A DNA stretch of 63,363 nucleotides, counting the filler. It is 4 parts of 4 records of this genome, joined end to end, with 100 filler letters (N's around TTAATTAATTAA, not from the genome) between each part and the next. Parts side by side here need not be neighbours in the genome. Positions count along the whole stretch, not along the records: positions 46,730 to 63,363 come from DRR378314_406; 3 more parts are not named here. The stretch is one strand, 5' to 3'. The notes below the pieces were generated by a model. It did no database searches. It was not told the origin of the DNA and saw nothing but the letters and a program-made list of their open reading frames with translations. A program made the translations under genes and the position numbers. Positions 57,958 through 63,363 of the stretch are shown in pieces; the first letter of the stretch is position 1; the number at the start of each line of letters is the position of its first letter.

Positions 57958-58320
57958 CACCTATAAATATTGGCAAATAACTTCAGGGTTCCTAGTTCCT
58001 ATTCGAAACAATACCCGACGGGTTTTGCATCCTGTTCGCAACATATGTTGGCTAGCGCATCACCCTGCGGCACAGATTAAACCGAACACAGTTATCCAAG
58101 GATACGCCTCCGCCCGATGTCGCTTTTGCACCATACTTGCAAATTTGCGACATTGACGCCGCAGAAAAACTGGTGCCGAATGTAGCAATGGGGATGTTTA
58201 CAATTCTAAGAATTTGGCCCGCGGCGCACCTGTCCGATCAACTTCGGCAGTCCTAGCGCCCGGTTCGATCTATCAGAAACACCAACACTAATAGATCATT
58301 AGTGTCACGGGGAGAAACCA

Positions 58321-59991
58321 ATGAAATACAAGGCAATCAACGGCAAGCCGGTGCACTGGGCAGCAGAAATGCATGCGCAGGAATATCGGGACGGCAATCT
58401 GAGCCGTCGCGAATTTCTGGCCCGTGTGACTGCACTGGGCGTCGCTGTACCTGCCGCCTATGGCATGATCGGCCTGCACTCACCCGCGGCAGCACAAGTG
58501 CCGCAAAAAGGTGGCACCATTCGCTATCAGATGGAAGTGCGCGCCCTCAAAGATCCGCGCAGCTTTGACTGGACTCAGATTGCGACCTTCACCGCAGGCT
58601 GGCTGGAATATCTTGTTGAGTACAACAACGATGGTTCCTTCAAGCCAATGTTGCTGGAAAGCTGGGAGGCCAACGACGACGCGACCGAATACACGCTGAA
58701 CGTCCGCCAGGGCGTGAAGTGGAACAATGGCGACGATTTCACCGCCGAGGATGTAGCCCGCAACATCGAAGGCTGGTGCGACGAAACGGTGGAAGGCAAC
58801 TCGATGGCCTCACGCATGGCGTCCCTGGTTGACCAGAACACGCAGAAAGCCGCTGACGGGGCCATTACCATTGTCGACACACACACGATCAAACTGAAAT
58901 GCAACGCTCCTGATATTACGATCATACCCGGAATGGCCGACTACCCGGCGCAGATCGTCCATAACAGCTTTGATCCAAATGAAATTTTGACCAACCCGAT
59001 CGGGACCGGCTTCATGATCCCTGAAAGCCACGAGGTTGGTGTAAAGGGCGTTCTAGTACGCAATGAAGGGTTCGATTGGTGGGGGTACGAAGCTGGCAAA
59101 GGCGGTTATATCGATCGGATCGAATTCATCGATTACGGCACTGACCCGGCTAATTTCTTTTCAGCCTACGAGGCCGACGAGATCGACATGAACTGGGAGT
59201 CGGTTGGCGAGTTTGTCGATGTGTTTGACAGTATTGACTTGGTACGCTCGGAAATCCCGTCCGGCTTTACTATTGTCATTCGCCCGAACCAATTGGCGAC
59301 AGACGCTGAAGGCAACAAAATCTACGCTGACAAACGTGTCCGGCAAGCTCTGGCCATGGCCGTCGACAACGAAGTTTGCCTCGAACTTGGCATGTCAGGC
59401 TATGGGGTACCTGCCGAAAACTGCCATGTGGGGCCGATGCATCCCGAATATGATTCAAGCGTTACACGCATCCCCAATGACCCCGCCGTAGCCAAGGCTT
59501 TGATGGACGAAGCGGGAATGGGTGACTTTGAACATGAGGTTATTTCGGTGGATGACGATTGGCGGCGCAATACCACGGCAGTGGTTGTCGCGCAGTTAAA
59601 CGACGCGGGGATAAAGGCGAAACACACCGTCTTGCCCCTGTCGACCTTTGCCAATGACTGGAACAAATTCCCATTCTCATCGACGAACTGGAGCCACCGG
59701 CCCCTGGGTACGCAAATTCTGGCGTTGGCCTATACATCCGGCGCGCCCTGGAACGAGACCGGATTCGCCAACGACGTGTTTGACACCCTGCTTATCGAAG
59801 CAAACTCGCTTGTAGATGTAGATATGCGTCGTGAAGTGATGGCAAAACTTCAGGCGATCATGATTGAGGAAGGGGTGATTATTCAACCGTATTGGCGCAC
59901 GGCAATCCGCCATCACCGTCACCACTTGGTGGGCGTCGAAAAACACATAGCAGACCTGCCGCAACTTTATAAATTCGGCATAGCTTCGTAG
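58321..59991 (+). CDS. ABC transporter substrate-binding protein, family 5, Tat-exported
   Basis: SRREFL Tat motif, [25 protein letters not shown]. Confidence 0.92.
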   Translation: MKYKAINGKPVHWAAEMHAQEYRDGNLSRREFLARVTALGVAVPAAYGMIGLHSPAAAQVPQKGGTIRYQMEVRALKDPRSFDWTQIATFTAGWLEYLVEYNNDGSFKPMLLESWEANDDATEYTLNVRQGVKWNNGDDFTAEDVARNIEGWCDETVEGNSMASRMASLVDQNTQKAADGAITIVDTHTIKLKCNAPDITIIPGMADYPAQIVHNSFDPNEILTNPIGTGFMIPESHEVGVKGVLVRNEGFDWWGYEAGKGGYIDRIEFIDYGTDPANFFSAYEADEIDMNWESVGEFVDVFDSIDLVRSEIPSGFTIVIRPNQLATDAEGNKIYADKRVRQALAMAVDNEVCLELGMSGYGVPAENCHVGPMHPEYDSSVTRIPNDPAVAKALMDEAGMGDFEHEVISVDDDWRRNTTAVVVAQLNDAGIKAKHTVLPLSTFANDWNKFPFSSTNWSHRPLGTQILALAYTSGAPWNETGFANDVFDTLLIEANSLVDVDMRREVMAKLQAIMIEEGVIIQPYWRTAIRHHRHHLVGVEKHIADLPQLYKFGIAS

Positions 59992-59999
59992 CCTGAATG

Positions 60000-60030
60000 A
60001 AAAAAGCCGCGCCACACTGGCGCGGTTTTT
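60000..60030 (+). terminator. Hairpin/terminator after the SBP gene
   Basis: AAAAAAGCCGCGCCA-CAC-TGGCGCGGTTTTT. Confidence 0.7.
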
Positions 60031-60110
60031 CGTCCTGAAGACGGTGACCATTAAGACGGAGACACGTGAGGCCACGGATATCACGCGCTGGCCGACCAAC
60101 AGGGGCTCAT

Positions 60111-61157
60111 ATGGGATTTTTCATTTTAAGGCGCGTCGGCATCATGCTTTTGACAGCATTATGTCTGACCTTCCTGGTCTTCTTCCTGACCAATCTCTAC
60201 CCGAACCTCGAAAAGCTTGCAAAGACGCAGGGCAATTTCCGGATGTCGGATGAGCAGGTCGCGAGTTTTCTTGAAAAAGGCGGATATCTTCAATCGACCC
60301 CAATCAAGTATGGCGAGTGGCTGGGTGTTTTGCCCTCTTACCGGTACACGAATGAGGACGGCACAGTTCAGGGCCGTTGCATCCTGCCCGGAGATACCGC
60401 TGAAGCATCGCCCAATTTCTGCGGCATCCTGCAGGGGTATTGGGGCTATTCCACCTATTTCGAGAACGAAGTTTCTGCCGTGATCGGTAAACGGCTGTAT
60501 CTGACTGGACAGTTGATGCTTTGGGTGATGGTGCTGATGGTGCCGACAGCCCTGATTGTCGGGGTCCTCGCGGGGATGAAAGAGGGTTCGACCACCGACC
60601 GCACGCTTTCGGCCTTTGCCATCACAACCACCGCTACACCGGAATACGTATCTGGCGTTATCTTCATCGCGATCTTCACCTCATCCGCTGTGGGATTGAA
60701 ATGGTTCAAGGGCAGCGCAACGCAAGCGATGGAGAACCCGACGTTCGAGAACTTTTTCTTGCCCGTCCTGACGATCGCGCTTTTCGGAATGGGCTACATC
60801 GCGCGTATGACCCGCGCCTCGATGGCCGAGGTCATGACAACGCAATATATCCGCACCGCGCGCTTGAAAGGTGTCTCGTTCCCGAACATCGTCATTAAGC
60901 ACGCGCTGCGCAACGCTCTGATCGCGCCTTTCACCGTGATCATGCTGCAGTTCCCTTGGCTCCTGAACGGAGTGGTGATCGTCGAAATCCTGTTCAACTA
61001 CAAGGGTTTCGGCTGGGCGCTGGTGCAGGCAGCGGGCAACAACGATATTCAGCTGCTGATGGCAATCTCGGTCGTGTCGGTTTTTGTGGTGCTGGTGACG
61101 CAGCTGATCTCGGATATCGGCTATGTCTACCTCAACCCACGCATTCGAATTTCTTGA
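60111..61157 (+). CDS. ABC transporter permease (DppB/OppB-like)
   Basis: FILRR start, YIRTARLKG...HALRNAL, NPRIR end. Confidence 0.93.
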   Translation: MGFFILRRVGIMLLTALCLTFLVFFLTNLYPNLEKLAKTQGNFRMSDEQVASFLEKGGYLQSTPIKYGEWLGVLPSYRYTNEDGTVQGRCILPGDTAEASPNFCGILQGYWGYSTYFENEVSAVIGKRLYLTGQLMLWVMVLMVPTALIVGVLAGMKEGSTTDRTLSAFAITTTATPEYVSGVIFIAIFTSSAVGLKWFKGSATQAMENPTFENFFLPVLTIALFGMGYIARMTRASMAEVMTTQYIRTARLKGVSFPNIVIKHALRNALIAPFTVIMLQFPWLLNGVVIVEILFNYKGFGWALVQAAGNNDIQLLMAISVVSVFVVLVTQLISDIGYVYLNPRIRIS

Positions 61158-61170
61158 GCGAGGACAGGCT

Positions 61171-62625
61171 ATGGAACATCTGACCTGGACCGGCTCTATC
61201 GCATTCCTCAATCCGCTGCTCGCTTTGGCATTGGGGCTGTTGGCACTGACCGTTGTGCTCTGGATGCTGGCCGGTATCGTCCTGCCGGAAGATCAGATGA
61301 CAGCGAACCCGGATGGCACGCTGAACTCAAACTCAGGCCCAAGAAACCTCATACAAACCGCGCTGCGCTTTTGCTTTCTGGCGAGCGCAAGTGTTGCGGT
61401 TGCCTACTTCGTTCTGGGCATCCTGATGGGGACAAGCGCCGGGATCATTGGCGCCATTTCGCAGCGGTTCCTGCCAGTATGGCTGTCGCTGTTCATTCTT
61501 TATGCGATGTCAATTGCCTTCAAACGCAAGCTGGGACTTTACGGAAAGCTGTTTGACAGCCCAATCGGTATGGTTGGGTTTGGACTGGTAATGTTCTGGG
61601 TGTTCACGGGTGTATTCAGCGCCCTGGGACTTATTGCGACGCTTGATCCTTTGGCCGTTGTTTCAGGAATGAAAAACAAGGTTCCCGGAATGCCTTTACC
61701 TGGCCTCGAAGACGGTCAGTATGCTTGGTATCTTCTGGGCGGAGATAATCTTGCACGCGATGTGTTCAGCCGGATGGTCGCAGGAACATGGGAGGTCATC
61801 AAGATCGCACCGTTTGCGACGCTCTTTGCCTTCATGGTCGGGATCACCCTTGGGTTACCCGCAGGATACTATGGTGGTCGGCTTGATACGGTTCTGTCAT
61901 TTTTGTCGAATCTGGTACTGGCATTTCCTGTCATCCTCCTGTTCTACCTGTTGGTAACGCCAGAAATCGTGACGACCGGCGTACCCAGCTACATGGCGGC
62001 CGTTCTGTTTATTTTTCCCGTGATCTTTCTCGGGATTCTTTTGAATTCGCGCTTCCACACCAGACCGAGGATCCGTACGCCGTTATTGATCGGTGTATTG
62101 GGCTTGGCGATCTGGGTGTACCTGTCGCTGATCTCGACCAACGGGTACATCATCAACGCGCCAGCTTACAACATCCCCGGCCTTCCAAAGGAATTGGATC
62201 TGGTGGATTTTCCGCTCGTGGTTTTTGTGTCGGTGGTCTTTGTCAACTCACCCACTGTTTTCCGTATCGTGCGAAGCCTTACGTTGGACATCAAGACACG
62301 TGACTATGTCGCGGCTGCGCAAACTCGGGGCGAAGGTCCGTGGTACATTATGTTGTGGGAAATCCTGCCCAATGCACGCGGACCATTGATCGTCGATTTC
62401 TGCCTACGCATTGGATACACCGTTATTCTGCTGGGAACCTTGGGTTTCTTTGGCCTTGGCTTTGAACCCGAAAACCCGAACTGGGGCTCGACGATCAATG
62501 ACGGGCGGAAGCTTTTATCGATCTACCTGCACCCCGTACTGCCACCCGCTTTGGCGTTGTTGTCACTGGTTTTGGGGTTGAACCTGCTGGCAGACGGTCT
62601 GCGCGAAGAGAGTTTGAAGGACTGA
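61171..62625 (+). CDS. ABC transporter permease (DppC/OppC-like)
   Basis: LGGDNLARDVFSR, YVAAAQTRGE, ILPN, NLLADGLRE. Confidence 0.92.
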   Translation: MEHLTWTGSIAFLNPLLALALGLLALTVVLWMLAGIVLPEDQMTANPDGTLNSNSGPRNLIQTALRFCFLASASVAVAYFVLGILMGTSAGIIGAISQRFLPVWLSLFILYAMSIAFKRKLGLYGKLFDSPIGMVGFGLVMFWVFTGVFSALGLIATLDPLAVVSGMKNKVPGMPLPGLEDGQYAWYLLGGDNLARDVFSRMVAGTWEVIKIAPFATLFAFMVGITLGLPAGYYGGRLDTVLSFLSNLVLAFPVILLFYLLVTPEIVTTGVPSYMAAVLFIFPVIFLGILLNSRFHTRPRIRTPLLIGVLGLAIWVYLSLISTNGYIINAPAYNIPGLPKELDLVDFPLVVFVSVVFVNSPTVFRIVRSLTLDIKTRDYVAAAQTRGEGPWYIMLWEILPNARGPLIVDFCLRIGYTVILLGTLGFFGLGFEPENPNWGSTINDGRKLLSIYLHPVLPPALALLSLVLGLNLLADGLREESLKD

Positions 62626-62714
62626 TGTGATCAATGCAGGGGCCAGCCCCCCGGAACCCGGGATACTTTTAGCCAGATGAAAGGGACCTTCGGACTTTCG
62701 CGAGGAGATACAAG

Positions 62715-63363
62715 ATGAGCAAACTGGCAGAATTCGACGGACCTGTTTTGGAAATCGACAAGCTTTCGATTTCCTTCTTTACGCGGCTTCGTGAAATTCC
62801 TGCCGTAATGGATTTCTCGCTTACCGTACGACCTGGTGAAGCGGTTGGGTTGGTCGGTGAATCCGGTTGCGGCAAATCCACAGTGGCGCTTGGCATCATG
62901 CAGGACCTTGGCAGGAACGGACGTGTCGTCGGCGGTTCTATCCAGTTCAAGGGTCGCGATCTAAACCAGATGACCACCGAAGAACTGCGCGACATTCGCG
63001 GCAATGAGATTGCAATGATCTATCAGGAACCCATGGCCTCGTTGAACCCGGCCATGAAGATCAGCAAGCAATTGATGGAAGTGCCGATGATCCACGAAAG
63101 GGTCAGCGCCGAAGAGGCGCATTCGCGCGCGCTGGAGGTTGTCACCGACGTGCGCTTGCCAGATCCAGAACGGATACTGGATTCGTTCCCGCATCAGCTG
63201 TCCGGTGGCCAACAGCAGAGGATTGTAATCGCAATGGCGCTGATGTCGAAACCAGCGCTGTTGATTTTGGATGAGCCGACCACAGCATTAGACGTGACTG
63301 TCGAGGCTGCCATAATCGAGCTGATCAAGGATTTGGGCAAGAAATACGGCACCTCGATGCTGT
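62715..63363 (+). CDS. ABC transporter ATP-binding protein (DppD-like), runs off the window end; absent from the ORF track
   Basis: AGGAG SD, MSKLAEFDGPVL..., GESGCGKS, IYQEP, LSGGQQQR, LDEPTTALD. Confidence 0.93.
   Translation, partial: MSKLAEFDGPVLEIDKLSISFFTRLREIPAVMDFSLTVRPGEAVGLVGESGCGKSTVALGIMQDLGRNGRVVGGSIQFKGRDLNQMTTEELRDIRGNEIAMIYQEPMASLNPAMKISKQLMEVPMIHERVSAEEAHSRALEVVTDVRLPDPERILDSFPHQLSGGQQQRIVIAMALMSKPALLILDEPTTALDVTVEAAIIELIKDLGKKYGTSML

Noticed and set aside
46770-63212. Many overlapping 60-205 aa ORFs in the GC-rich contig
   Set aside because: Alternate-frame or antisense shadows expected at higher GC

Overview
This window is not one locus. It is four contigs joined by three identical 100-bp linkers (N44-TTAATTAATTAA-N44), and they come from at least three organisms. 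(1) 1-10483, AT-rich and Pseudoalteromonas-like core genome: hslUV, ftsN-like, priA, rpmE, malic enzyme, metJ, metB and a partial metL. (2) 10584-34047, Pseudoalteromonas-like: housekeeping and regulatory genes, sbcB, and two regions of special interest. The first is a tightly coupled 10-gene operon (28207 to 20237) behind a perfect PmrA/QseB-type box. It encodes a 'thermostable hemolysin'/acyltransferase-like protein, an adenylating ligase, a heme-oxygenase-like diiron oxidase, an SDR, a secreted TPR protein, a two-component system, an FtrB-like cupredoxin, a degenerate FTR1 permease and a beta-barrel. The second is the distal end of an integron cassette array (31106-34047) with three attC sites, each with a damaged core. 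Its cassettes encode a standalone SIR2 protein, a YafO-like putative RNase and a ParB-like plus ADP-ribosyltransferase-like gene pair, all candidate anti-phage systems. (3) 34148-46629, Halomonas-like glycine betaine/sarcosine catabolism (gbcB end, glyA, soxBDAG, purU, sdaA), an IS30 relic and an AraC/cyclodeaminase-family/NhaC module. (4) 46730-63363, Roseobacter-group: a tRNA-Ser fragment, MscS, cysK-trgBA, a fatty-acid methyltransferase and photolyase with an RpoE-type promoter, pyrH, miaA and a peptide-family ABC transporter. All taxonomic and functional calls come from motif recognition by eye; no database searches were run.
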